DNA of 64,000 bases from the human T2T-CHM13v2.0 reference genome, Homo sapiens. The DNA is taken from the NCBI RefSeq assembly GCF_009914755.1, contig NC_060928.1. The stretch is one strand, 5' to 3'. Numbering within the stretch: the stretch's first letter is position 1; every line of letters starts with the position of its first letter. Below are positions 1-14,356 of the stretch, piece after piece. The notes under the pieces were generated by a model. That model was not told the origin of the DNA and searched no databases. It was given only the letters and a program-made list of their open reading frames with translations. The position numbers were made by a program, and so were the translations under genes.

Positions 1-4
1 TTTA

Positions 5-55
5 TGTGTGCGTGCGTGTGTGTGTGTGTGCGTGTGTGTGTGAGTGTGCGTGTGT
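5..55. repeat. (TG)n/(TGCG)n microsatellite
   Basis: Alternating TG/CG run at the start of the window. Confidence 0.9.
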
Positions 56-224
56 TTTAGGAAGGAAGTTACTTAAAGAAGTATTTCTTTCTGTCCTGCA
101 GAGCTAAAGATTTTTGGTTGCTTCTGATTGACTTGGATGGATTCTTAATGCTATTTCAGGCTGGTGATGCTGGTGGCTAAAATTGATGAAGAAGTGTTTG
201 TTTAACACCTACAGCCAATTGTGG

Positions 225-310
225 CTTTTATTTATTCATTCACGTATTTATTAATCATCACCTGTGTTCCACACACTCAGGCTGGCACCTGGATACTCTT
301 TCAAGAAAAG
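225..310 (-). mobile_element. L2 LINE 3' end fragment
   Basis: ttattcattcac...tatttatt...cacctgtgtt resembles the reverse complement of the L2 3' tail. Confidence 0.5.
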
Positions 311-478
311 CTAAGCATTATTTTTGTAATTATTGTGTAATGAGCTAGGCAGCTCACTTTACTTCTCTGGGCTACATGTCAAGAAAACAATTGTTAAAAT
401 AAGTTCCTCTAATCAAGCCAACACAGCTGGCTTTTGTGGCTGTGGGAGCATTGCCAGAATATCAGAGAAAAGTTGTTA

Positions 479-754
479 CAGGTTGAGAATCCCTAATCCA
501 AAGATCTGAAATCTGAAATGTTTCAAAATGGAAACTTTTTGAGTGCCAACAAAATTATTTAAAATATTGTATAAAACTACCTTCAGTCTATGTGTATATG
601 GTGTATATGAAACATAAATGAATTTTATGTTTAGAATTGGGTCTCCTCCCCAAGAAATCTCACGATGTATATGAAAGTATTCCAAAATCCAAAAAAATCT
701 GAAATCCGAAACACTTCTGGCTGTAAGTGCTTCAGATAAGGGATATTCAACCTG
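479..754 (+). mobile_element. Tigger4 (MER46/Zombi) non-autonomous Tc1/mariner DNA transposon
   Basis: Terminal inverted repeats CAGGTTGAGAATCCCT...AGGGATATTCAACCTG with TA on both sides. Confidence 0.85.
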
Positions 755-1589
755 TACAAAAAATGAGGGTTCACATTACTTGGTGATAAGTTGATAAAAC
801 TTAATGAAACACGGATTGCCAGACAGAAATCCTTCATCTAGAGCAAGATGTTAATTACCATGGTTGAAGATCAATTCTTTCTAATTTATTTAACAAACTA
901 CTTTGACTGAATATTAGAATACAAATTATAGAGGAAAACCAAGATATCTCCTTCAGTAATTTCATTGTAACAGAATTGGTACTTATTCATCCATTATTCC
1001 ACAAATGTATTTGAATGACCAATTAATAGTGCTAGAAGCTTGCAGTATAGGAGAGGAAGATGTAAGTGCACTGCAATATCTAAATTCTGAAAAAAAGAAG
1101 CTTTAAAGCTACAGTGCCAGGGAGGCAGGGAGCAGGGTGCAAAAAAAGTCGTAATAAAAGCCAAAGAATAACTCACTAGCAGTAAGATAATAGTCTCAGC
1201 ATCCTCTTAAACACTATGTCTCCTTCCTTTCTTTTTTCCCAGACAGAAAGAAAAGAGACAGGTTTATAGCTGTTACCTTAAACCTGTATTTTTTTTTCTT
1301 CTTCCTTTTTAACTAAGTGGCTTTACTTGACTAAACTCTTAGATAGGTAGAAGGAGAGGCCTCTAGGCTCCAGAAAGAAGAATCAAAGTAAACAGCTTTG
1401 GGAAAAAGAGCTCCTGGGGAAACCTAAAACAACATAAGGGGTAAATGGAGTTTTCTGGATTTAAGTCTGTAAAACTACATTTCACAGCATTTTGCTAAAG
1501 CTTAATTCTGAGTGATGATGCACCCAAATAATTTGCTCAAATGTTTATTCATCTCGTTTTAATCCTGGTTCCTGATAGTTTAAAGAGAT

Positions 1590-2013
1590 TATTAAGCAAA
1601 GTATATGGGAGGCGATTTCATTGTTTAGACCGAGCTCCTACACTGGGCTCCAGCAGACAGTGAAGTCACTCATGCTAGGTGTCATGCACAATTACACTAA
1701 ACTTTGAAACAGGCAAGGTTTCCAGAAATGAGAAGATTCACAGCAACTAAGCAGAAGGGGCTCATTTTACCTGAGCCAGCATGATAGGGAAGCCCCTTCT
1801 GTGTTAACCCTATAAGTAAAGTAACTTTGAAATGACCAATCTGCTTTTGTTCCTTGTTTCTGCTTTCTTCAGCCCTTTTCTGCCTATAAAGCCAAACTAT
1901 AAACCAGAGCACGCCTTCTGTTTTATAGAATGAGATATTGCCCAGTTCTAGAATCACTAATAACAGCTAATTACATCTTAAAACCAAACTTGTTGTAATT
2001 TTATTTTTTAACA
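1590..2013 (+). mobile_element. ERV1 solo LTR, MER4 group (MER67-like; subfamily uncertain)
   Basis: About 420 bp, ends ...TTTTAACA, internal CCAAT and TATAAA, imperfect 4-bp TSD agat/atat. Confidence 0.6.
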
Positions 2014-2369
2014 ATATCAGTAAAGGTGCCTTTATTCTAAGAGCTATATGAGGTGGTTTGATCATATTATTCACAGAATTATAAAGTTAGCATAAGAAAA
2101 TTATGAAATTAAACCCCAAATTGTTTGTTGAATATGGTGACTGGTTATTAATCTTGAAGATAGGAAATAAGATGTTCCTTGATTAGTGTTGGTCCTGAAA
2201 GAACTTATTGTCTTATTAAGAAGAAAAGACTCAAGAAAAGTAATCCAAAACAGAATATAGTCAAGTTTCAACTGTATGTATTATAGATGTTCAGAGAATT
2301 GTGTTGTGTTGATTTTTGTTAGCATAGAAGGCATTGTAAAATGTGTGTGACTAGGAGCCAATTAGAACT

Positions 2370-2370
<1 letters not shown>

Positions 2371-2406
<36 letters not shown>

Positions 2407-2650
2407 AGACAGTCTCGCTCTGTCGCCCAGGCTGGAGTGCAATGGCGCGATCTTGACTCACTGCAACCTCCGCCTCCTGGTTCAAGTGATTCTTCTGCCT
2501 CAGCCTCCCGAGTAGCTGGGACTACAGGTGCCCACCACCACGCCCAGGTAATTTTTGTATTTTCAGTAGAGATGGGGTTTCACCAGGTTGGCCAGGCTGG
2601 TCTCAAACTCCTGATCTCACGTGATCCACCTGCCTCGGCCTCCCAAAGAG
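2371..2650 (-). mobile_element. AluS with (TG)n tail, lacking its 5' end
   Basis: Alu reverse complement follows a (GT)n tract and stops at gcctcccaaag. Confidence 0.93.
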
Positions 2651-2664
2651 TGTTTTTACAGGCT

Positions 2665-2790
2665 CCATTCCTTATTCCTGGAGTCATCTTAGGGAAATTT
2701 TCTGACATTTTATTGCCTTAGAACTCTCATCTGTAAAGTAGAGAGAAAGATGCCTCACTTGCTTGCTGAGGACTAATGAGATACAATTTT
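2665..2790 (+). mobile_element. MIR fragment
   Basis: ctcatctgtaaa core and gaggactaatgagata. Confidence 0.55.
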
Positions 2791-3587
2791 GAGAATTCAT
2801 TTTTTTCATCCCAATGATTTTCACCAACCATGATCATGCTAAATTTGTCTCACTCAAAACCAGGCATAATGTAATGCTGTTAAGAACATATTATTCTAAT
2901 ATTCGGTCCAGAATTCCTCTCTGTGAACCGTTTCTGTTTAGAATCTGTGTTCATAAATGCTGGGAGTGTGTCAGCTGGTGACTTCAGAGGAAAGGGGAAC
3001 CACTACACATGAGGTAAAAGGAGGAATGTGTTGTTTTGCTACTGAGAAGGACTGGGGAGGGGAGTGGAATAAAAGGTGGGAGCAGAGAAGAGACAGGCCA
3101 GCAAAATCAAAAAGCAGGTGCTGCAGAGAAAGAGCCAGGAGAGAAACTTCTGGTGGTGAGTGATAAAAATGGACTTGGGGGACAGGACAATATAATAAGT
3201 GATGAGCTTTTGCCCCCCGTCTCTCCAGTCATCAGGAAAGTCTATTGTGCTTATAAATGCTTTGTTTCAATTTTCAGCAAACACAGTAAAGGAGCTGTTT
3301 TATATCTGGTAGCACCTCATGTTGACCCCAATATAAACGAGAAACAAGAGCCCAAGAAGCAGAGGAAGTTAGGAGATAGTAAGCTGTCCAGAAATTAGCC
3401 AACGACTGTGGAATGGCTCTAGACTTCTGTAGCAAATGGAAATATGAGGTTAGTTCCAGGTTTATGTAAATCACCAAGGGTTAGATGAACTCCCATATGG
3501 CATATTACACCAATTTGTAAGGACATCAGAAAATAGTTCATATTGTTTCAAAGTTGGCTCCATAAGCGGGCAATTGTTTTTAATATA

Positions 3588-4308
3588 TATCAGGGCTTAG
3601 AACATGATATCCCAAAATATGGCACCTTGGCATAAGCAGAAAGCTCACTCTCTGACTTTCTCCAACCTTCTCTCCCAGGCCATAAAAATCATTCTCTCTC
3701 CCTCCATGTGGAGAATGAAGACTTTTTGGGACACCTTAAATCCAGAGAAAAGGAAAGAAGATACATACAGCCAGAGCAGAATCTGAACAAACAGGCCTTG
3801 CTTAGTTCCCCCCAGTTTATTGATCATATCCTTTTTGATCAATCAGGCTTCTTCTTTCTTGCTTTCTTTTTTTTTTTTTGAGGCGGAGTCTCACTCTGTT
3901 GCCCAGGCTGGAGTGTGCAGCGGCATGACCTCGGCTCACCTCAAGCTCCGCCTCCTGGGTTCAAGCAATTCTCCTGCCTCAGCCTCCCGAGTAGCTGGGA
4001 TTACAGGTGCCCGCCAGCACGCCCAGCTAATTTTTGTATTTTTGGTAGAGACGAGGTTTGACCATGTTGGCCAGGCTGGACAATCAGACTTCTATGTGAC
4101 TGTCCATTCTTTAGCAAACCTAGGCATAAAAATACACAGCTTTTCCTAAGTCTTCAGGTCATTTCTGAAGTTTCCCGTGTCACACAAAATTTTGGTTAAA
4201 AAATTTTGTTATGCCTTTCTCGTTAATCTGTCTTTTGTTATAGGTGTCATTCACCAATTGTCAACTTCGCAATTGGTATGAAAAAGATACTACTTTTTCT
4301 CTCCTGCA
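3588..4308 (+). mobile_element. MER39/MER34-family ERV1 solo LTR interrupted by an Alu
   Basis: Starts cagggcttagaacatgatatcccaaaatatggc and ends tactttttctctcctgca; resumes after the Alu. Confidence 0.65.
3855..4080 (-). mobile_element. 5'-truncated AluS
   Basis: Poly(T) plus Alu body ending at ggccaggctgg; TSD-like CAATCAGRCTTCT on both sides. Confidence 0.92.
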
Positions 4309-4556
4309 CATCTAATGAAATTCTTTAGTTGAAATCCTTAGGTGTAAACCAATAATATCCCCAATCTTTGTTTTGTACTAACAGTCTTGACTTTTTCTAA
4401 ATCAAATACATCCCTGTGGATTATTACTCTCACCTGCATGGTCTTCAGAAAAGAAAAATAAAATTACTCTACTGGAGATCACAATGACACAATATTCTGT
4501 AAGTGGAGCTGCCTTATAAAACTATTTTTGTTCCATTCTTTCACAGCTATTTTTAA

Positions 4557-4892
<336 letters not shown>

Positions 4893-4921
4893 TGCCATTC
4901 TTAACATTTAATTTAAACTTG

Positions 4922-5146
4922 CGGCCAGGAGTTCAAGACCATCCTGGGCAACATAGTGAGATCCTATCTCTACAATTTTTTTTTAATTAGCTGTGCATGG
5001 TGACATGTGCCTGTAGTCCCAGCTACTTGTGAGGCTGAGGTGAAAGGATTGCTTGAGCCCAGACGTTCAAAGCTGCAGTGAGCTATGGTCACACCACTGC
5101 ACTCCAGCCTAGGCAAGAGAGCAAGACCCGGTTGCAAAAAAAAAAA
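4922..5146 (+). mobile_element. AluJ, 5'-truncated
   Basis: ggattgcttgagcccag and gctgcagtgagctatg AluJ features; A tail. Confidence 0.9.
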
Positions 5147-5830
5147 TTCTTCCTGCATTCAATGACATCGCCTTTCATTTTGGCCATTTCCTCCCCTCCC
5201 CAGTTGTGACCTCCATACTGGGTTATGCTCCAGGTCCCTGATTCCTTTTCAGAAAGTCTCTGTAATTGGAATTGGAGGTGTGAGAGGAGTTCACAGTCAC
5301 ACAAAGCCTGCTGAAGTATGGTAAGCCTTACTCACACAGGCAACTTTTAACTGTGATGACATCTCAGTAAAATGTTATACAACTACGGTGTCATTTAAAT
5401 ATTCTGTGACATTTTCAGAGGAAACTTTCCAGTACATAAAATCATCTCGTGTTACCTGAGAGAATGACAACTCTGTTTTTAAAATTACTCTGAAATTCCT
5501 AGAAAATCAAACCAAACCGAAAACCTCACTATGTTTTTTATTTTACTGGTAAATAAATATTTTTTCTTGGTCATATTTAGGTTATGGTGAGAGTTAAGTA
5601 ATATGTCTGAGAGTACATTATTTACCATAAATCTTTGTACAGACACTCCTATTTTATTAGCTATTTTCAAAATATCAGAAACTAATAATTCCCCTTCATT
5701 TCTACAGGGCAATAGTGATCCTAGACCAAATTCCTTCCTTTTTCTCTCCAAATTGGTTATGATACTGCTTCCTCAGGTTGGTCCACTATATTTAGGCGTG
5801 AAGGACAAGGAGAGACAAGCTGTCACTGGT

Positions 5831-5864
5831 CAAACAAAACAAAACAAAACAAAACAAAAAAAAA
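5831..5864. repeat. (CAAAA)n microsatellite
   Basis: Direct tandem repeat. Confidence 0.85.
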
Positions 5865-6006
5865 CACAGATACAAGGGCTTTTCAGGTTAGTCCTAGAGA
5901 ATTTCACAACATTCCAGGGTTTTCACTGCTTCTGTGAGTAAATTTTCTTTCCTGCTCCCATGCAGGAAATGGTTCAGCATCGTCAAGCCATTCAGGCCTT
6001 CGTTAC

Positions 6007-6442
6007 TGCCATGTTTTGAATGTGCCCCCCCCTCAATTTCATGAGTGGGAAACCAAATTTCCTATGTGGCAGTATTGAGAGGTGGAACGTTTAAGAAGTG
6101 AGTGGTTCATGAGTGCTCTGCCCCCTGAGTGGATTAATCTACTCATGAGTTAATAAATTGATGGGTTAATGGATTAATGGGCAATCATGGGAGTGGAACT
6201 GGTGGCTTTCTAAGAGGAAGAGAGGCCTGAGCTAGCACGTTAGCATGCTCAGCCCCCTCACCATGTGATGGTCTGCACTGCCTCAGGTCTCTGCACAGTC
6301 CTCACCAGGAAGAAGGCTCTCACCAGACACTGAGCCATGCCCTTGGACTTCCAAGCCACCTGAATTGTAAGAAATTTCTTTTCTTTATAAGTTACCCAGT
6401 TTCAGGTGTTCTATTATAAGCAACAGAAAACAGACTAAGACA
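6007..6442 (+). mobile_element. MSTB-like MaLR solo LTR
   Basis: tgccatgttttgaatgtgcccc start; agcaacagaaaacagactaagaca end. Confidence 0.85.
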
Positions 6443-7024
6443 GCTATGTTATGAAGACTCATTTTTGAAAAAACATAGACATGATCCTTAAAATAAATAC
6501 ATATGTGTGTAGGTGTATGTGAGTTACACAATTCTAAGATTGCTTGTCTTCAAATTATACAACAAAATAATTAACATGAAAAAGAAGCACAGTATAATGT
6601 TATTATTTTTCAGAAAAAGCTGTTAGACTAGGATGGAGAAAGTGATGTCATGTAGTCAAGGGAAGTCTTTGATTTAAAGGGGGATCTATTTACTTATTGC
6701 ACATATATAAACAGCTTTAAAGAATATTAAACCTACTAAGCTACTTATGGTTTTGCTCTGACAACTACTTCCTTTGGTTTTTGGTTTCAGTTGGCTTCTC
6801 TGAGTCATCTTGCTTCTCTGAACAAGTGAGGTATTTGCTGTCAGTGATGTGGGCTGAATCAATACAGTGTCACTGTTTATGCTTTAAATTGATGAGTTTT
6901 CAGAAGGTGGCAGTGGTATGAGAGCCAGTGATTCAGCTCACCCTAGGATTGTTAACAGAGGTTAATATAGTAGATAAACGGTGTGTTCTATTTTTCTTTC
7001 AAAATAATGATATGTTAAAAATAT

Positions 7025-9579
<2,555 letters not shown>

Positions 9580-10027
9580 ACGAATTAGACTTATATTCAT
9601 AATTGATAAGTAACCACCGTGCTTTAAGCTTCCATACAGAATTTTCTTTGCTGGTAATAGTTTCTTATATATGCTAATTAAGTTGGTAAAACTCTGCTAT
9701 TCTTCCATAGAATATTTGCCTAATCTGTGTTTCTTTCTCTTAAAATATCAAATAAACTTAATTTTCATGGGTTTGCTAAATATTTTTGCTCTGTCTTTAA
9801 GAGTTAGGTCAACCGAGTTGTTGGTGTTGAAATTCTCCAGCATTCAAACTATGGTTGGTCATTATGGAGACTGAAACTGTTTAGTCTCATATGCCTCTGG
9901 TAGCAATAGTTTCTCTCCCATCTCTATTTTGCATGTTCTGATTTTGCTTGTAGACTATAAAATGCAATCTAGCATAAGGACTGCCTTTATTGCTTTTTAA
10001 TCCTAGCATCTAACATAGCATGTTTTG

Positions 10028-10489
10028 CAGATGCTCCTCAATTTACAATGAGACTGTCACAATAAACCCATCATAAGTTGGAAATACTATAAGTCAGAAT
10101 ACATTTAATGTAGCTAACCTACTAGACATCATAGCTTAGCCTAGCCTACCTTAAACATGCTCAGAACATTTACATTAGCCTACAGTTGGGCAAAATCATC
10201 TAACACAAAGCCTGTTTTACAATAAAGTGTTGAATATCTCACGTAATTTATTGACTATATTACACTGTGTAGTATAGTACTGGTTTACCCTCATTATCAC
10301 CTGGCTGACTCAGGGCTATGGCTCACTGCCATTGCTCAGCATCTAGAGAGTGTCATACTGCATATCACTAGCCTGGGAAAAGATCAAAAGTCAAAATTTC
10401 AACTCTGGTTTCTACTGAATGTGTATCGCTTTTGCACCACTGTAAAGTCAAAAAATCATAAGTTGAACCATCCTGTCTGGGACTGTCTG
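10028..10489 (+). mobile_element. MER47/Tigger5-family DNA transposon
   Basis: cagatgctcctcaatttacaatg start; gggactgtctg end followed by TA. Confidence 0.8.
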
Positions 10490-10599
10490 TATACATCTTT
10501 GAGCTCCACAAATATATGATATTAATAATGGTACAATATTGTAAGTAATATTTTAAATTTTAGAAGAGTAGTACTTACTAGAGGAGTATTTCCTGTGTA

Positions 10600-10710
10600 A
10601 CTGAGCACTGTGATAAATCCACCTAATACTTTAGCTCACTTGTTCCTCATAACAATCCTATTTTACAGATGAGGAAATGCACTTAGACTAGGAAACTTGC
10701 CCAAGGCTTA
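10600..10710 (-). mobile_element. MIR fragment
   Basis: ttttacagatgaggaaa...acttgcccaagg. Confidence 0.65.
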
Positions 10711-10809
10711 GGATAAATATATTTCATCTTAAAAGATAGGTGTGATTCGAGCTGTCACTGGCATTATCAGACTTTTTATATCAGATTTTATTGATGATAG
10801 ATGACATAA

Positions 10810-11040
10810 ATTGGGTTCTTAATATGTTAAGCATTGTTCTGTTAATTAACTTATCTTCACAGCAACATAAAGAGGGAGGTAGATTATTACTTGTATTTTG
10901 GAGATGAAAAATGCCGACATTGAGGGGTTTAGTAGCCAGGCCTCAGAGGTCCTGTAGCTAGCTGCTAAAATACCTTGCCAGGATTTAAATCATGGAAGTC
11001 TCTTCAATGGTATGGCTCTCTGCTGATTTGTTATACAGCC
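10810..11040 (-). mobile_element. MIR fragment
   Basis: gaggtagattattacttgtattttggagatgaaaa. Confidence 0.5.
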
Positions 11041-11581
11041 GTTTATTTAAAATTAGGTTTTAACCCAGCACATGATATGAAGATTATTTAAGATTTCATT
11101 TCCCATTTTGAATAATTTTCTGTGTTTTACTAGCCAAAGACATTTAATGTTAGTTTTCATTTTGATAAAATTATCTCATCAATATTTTTACATTACTGTC
11201 ATCAAAAGGCTGTTGTTGAGATTAATCATGCAATGTGTTTAACTAGAAGATGAAATAAAAGTCACATGTTACACACAAACACACTCAACTGATTTTTAAC
11301 AAAGGTACAGAAACAATTCCAGGGAGGAAGGATTTTCTTTTCAACAAATGGTGCTGGAGCAATTGGACATTCTAAAAAATGCACCTTGACTAAAACCTCA
11401 TACTTTATTGAAAAATTAACTTAAAATAGATCATAGGCTTAATGATAAAATATAAGAATATAAAACATTTAGAAAAAAATCAAATAGAGAATATCTTCAG
11501 GACTTAGAGCTAGGCAAAGAGTTCTTATTGATTACACCCAAAACATGATATGTAGAAAAAGTTTTTTTATAAATTGGACCT

Positions 11582-11939
11582 TGTATTAGTCCATTTTCAC
11601 ACTGCTAATAAAGGCATACCTGAGACTGGGCAATTTACAAAAGAAAGAGAGGTTTAATGGACTTACAGTTCCACGTGGCTGGGGAGGCCTCACAATCATG
11701 GTGGAAGGCAAGGAGGAGCAAGTCACATCTTACATGGATGGCAACAGGCAAAGAAAAAGCTTGTGTAGGTGAACACCTCCTCATAGAACCATCAGAGATC
11801 TCATGAGACTTACTCACTCTCATGAGAACAGCATGGGAAAGACTCACCCTCATGATTCAATTATCTCCCACCAGGCCCCTCACACAACACATGGGAATTC
11901 AAGATGAGATTTGGGTGGAGACACAGCCAAACCATATCA
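11582..11939 (-). mobile_element. THE1B-like MaLR solo LTR
   Basis: tgtattagtcc...accatatca termini; 5-bp TSD GACCT on both sides. Confidence 0.93.
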
Positions 11940-12258
11940 GACCTCATCAAAATAAAGTGTTTGCTCTGTGAAAAACCCTGTTAAGAGAATGAAAAGGCAA
12001 GCTACACAGTGAGAGACAATATTTTTAAAGACCATATAGGACAAAGGGATTGTATATAGAATATATAAAGAATTCTTGAAAGTCAACAGTTTTAAAAATA
12101 CAAAATGATCAAAAGACAGACACGTTTCCAAAGAGGAGTGGATGGCAAATAAGCACAGGAAAAGTGTTCAGAGTCATTTGTCATCAGGAAAATGCACATT
12201 CACACTACAGTGAGATACCACTGTAAACCTATCAGGATGGCTAACATTAAAAATAGTG

Positions 12259-12558
12259 GGCCGGGCATGGTGGCTCTTGCCTGCAATCCTGGCACTTTGG
12301 GAGGCCAAGGCAGGTGGATCATCAGGTCAGGAGTTCAAGACCAGCCTGGCCAGCATGGTGAAACCCTGTCTCTACTAAAAATGCAAAAATTAGCTCAGTG
12401 CAGTGGCACATGCCAGTAGTCCCAGCTACTTGGGAGGCTGAGGCAGAAGAATTGCTTGAATCCGGGAGACAGAGGTTGCAGTGAGCCGAGATCACATGCA
12501 ACGGCAATCCAGCCTGGGCAACAGAGCAAAACTCCGTCTCAAAAAAAAAAAAAAAAAA
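12259..12558 (+). mobile_element. Full-length AluS
   Basis: Alu dimer, A tail, TSD-like aaaa(t)tagtg. Confidence 0.95.
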
Positions 12559-14135
12559 TTAGTGATAACACCAAATGCTGATGAGAATGCCGAGAAACTG
12601 AATATCTTTTACTTTGTGTGAATCAAAAATGACAGAACCACTCGGGAAGTAACTTGGCAGTTTTTAAATAGAAATATATGTACCATTTTTGTAACTTCAT
12701 ATTAATCTATAATTATTTCAAACAAAAAGTTAAATTACCTGTCAAAGTAAGATGAGAATGAGTTGTTATTGTATTCATCATTTTGTTGCAATGTTTAAAA
12801 TAACATCATTGATAATGTACTCATAGTAGATATGTGTGGCTATTTTTTAAAAGTTTTTGTCTCAAGTTGCTTCATATTAAAATGTCTGAAACATTCTAGC
12901 ATTTCAAGAATAAAAATTTCCTTTAAAATGTTAGTCATGACCTGGCAAAATTTTTTTTTTAATTCTGAACAACCACTGGGTGGCAGTAAAGGCTTGGGTT
13001 TTTGTTCATTTGCCTGGTGTTTTGTTTTTTTTTTTTTTTTTTTTTTGGAAAGTTGAGAAAATAAGGAACTAATTTGGTTCTGCTCTTAGCAAATAAAAAA
13101 ATCTGTAGTGATAGATATTATTGCTGATTGGCAAGGTTTAAGCTGCAAATCCAATCATTAAGAAATAATATTTGTATAAGTTAAAGCAATAAATAACACA
13201 CACTCTAAGGGATCATATGCAGAGTAAAACCTTATAAAAATAAACCTTGGGCTAACAGTCTGAGACGAGATGGACAATTCTAGAAAAAAAAGGAGTTTGG
13301 CATTGCGTGTTGTAATGGCATGTGGGATTTTCTGGTTCAAAATTTTACTGGCTTTCAGAAATTCTAAACAACCCCTTTATTTTTCTGTTTCCTCTCACTA
13401 ATAATTAATTACACAAAATTCAACTAGTCTTCATTTCTTATTTGGAAAATAGTTTTCCTCTTTTAAATGTATATTAAAATGTCAGAATATGAGGAGAATG
13501 ATAGATTCTCCTCTATAGGAGACAGAATATATCACATTTTGAAATGTGATGAGTAGATACATTTTGAAATGTGATATCACATTTCAAAATATTAATGTCT
13601 TTTTATCTTGACAAAACTGAGAGAAAACCTCTATACAACCTGTTGCATTTTTCATAAAGTTTACTTGCCAGGAGCAAATTGAGACATTGACTTTAATAGC
13701 AAGTTTGATGAGATCCTATGCTTTTCTTCACAGCTTAACCTCATTAATGCATCTCATTCTAAATATATATTATCATCAAGGATGAGGCATTTATTTGCAT
13801 ATGTTACTGTTCTTTTGTGTCATCCTAATGTCATATAAAATAAAACAATGGATATTAGGTCTGGCACTACCCAGGTAGAAGAGTCACATTCAAAACTTCT
13901 GCTGAATATTCATAATAGTATTGTCAAACCAGATTTCCATGTGAATCAGGCATCAAAACAATTTACAACCAAAAGGTCCAGTATTTAGTCTGTCTTCTCA
14001 ACCTTATGGCTGCAGGACAGTGAGGATGGAGCAGAATGTCTGTAATGAGACAACTACAGTGAGGTTGGGATAATAATTCATCATATCATTGTGTGATTTG
14101 AGTGTGATGATGCCGTGAAAATGCTTAGCACTGTT

Positions 14136-14200
14136 CCTGGGTGACAAGAGCAAAACTCTGTCTCAAAAAAAAAGAAAAAAAAAAGAAAGAAAAAAACAAA
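14136..14200 (+). mobile_element. Alu 3' remnant (last ~30 nt plus A-rich tail)
   Basis: cctgggtgacaagagcaaaactctgtctc followed by poly(A). Confidence 0.85.
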
Positions 14201-14335
14201 AGCTATGCCCTGATCACCTTGGGTATATGTCATCAGGACGTCCTGAGGCTGCGTTATGGGCATGAATCCTCAACCTTGGAAAAATAAACTTTCTAAATTA
14301 ACTGAGACCTGTCTCAGATATTTGGGGTTCACATT

Positions 14336-14356
14336 TGGGTGACCACAAAGGGATTC
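14336..14356 (+). promoter_or_regulatory. Retroviral primer-binding site, tRNA-Arg(TCG)-like
   Basis: GGTGACCACAAAGGGATTC immediately after the LTR, close to the recalled complement of a tRNA-Arg 3' end (TGGTAACCACGAAGGGATTC). Confidence 0.65.

Larger units (their letters stand above)
11270..12735 (+). mobile_element. Old L1M (L1MB/MC/ME) ORF2 3' fragment hosting THE1 and Alu insertions
   Basis: tcaactgatttttaacaaagg, ttcaacaaatggtgctgg, gtgagataccac. Confidence 0.8.

Noticed and set aside
2341-2721. 126-aa ORF and similar ORFs at 3820, 4608, 8106, 16152, 30351, 37749, 55296, 55816 and 58281
   Set aside because: These are translations of antisense Alu sequence ([24 protein letters not shown]), a well-known artefact.
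3036-3398. 120-aa ORF in non-Alu sequence, with a nearby GTG|GTGAGT donor at 3156
   Set aside because: Non-ATG start, no recognisable domain and no supporting exon chain; chance ORF in purine-rich DNA.
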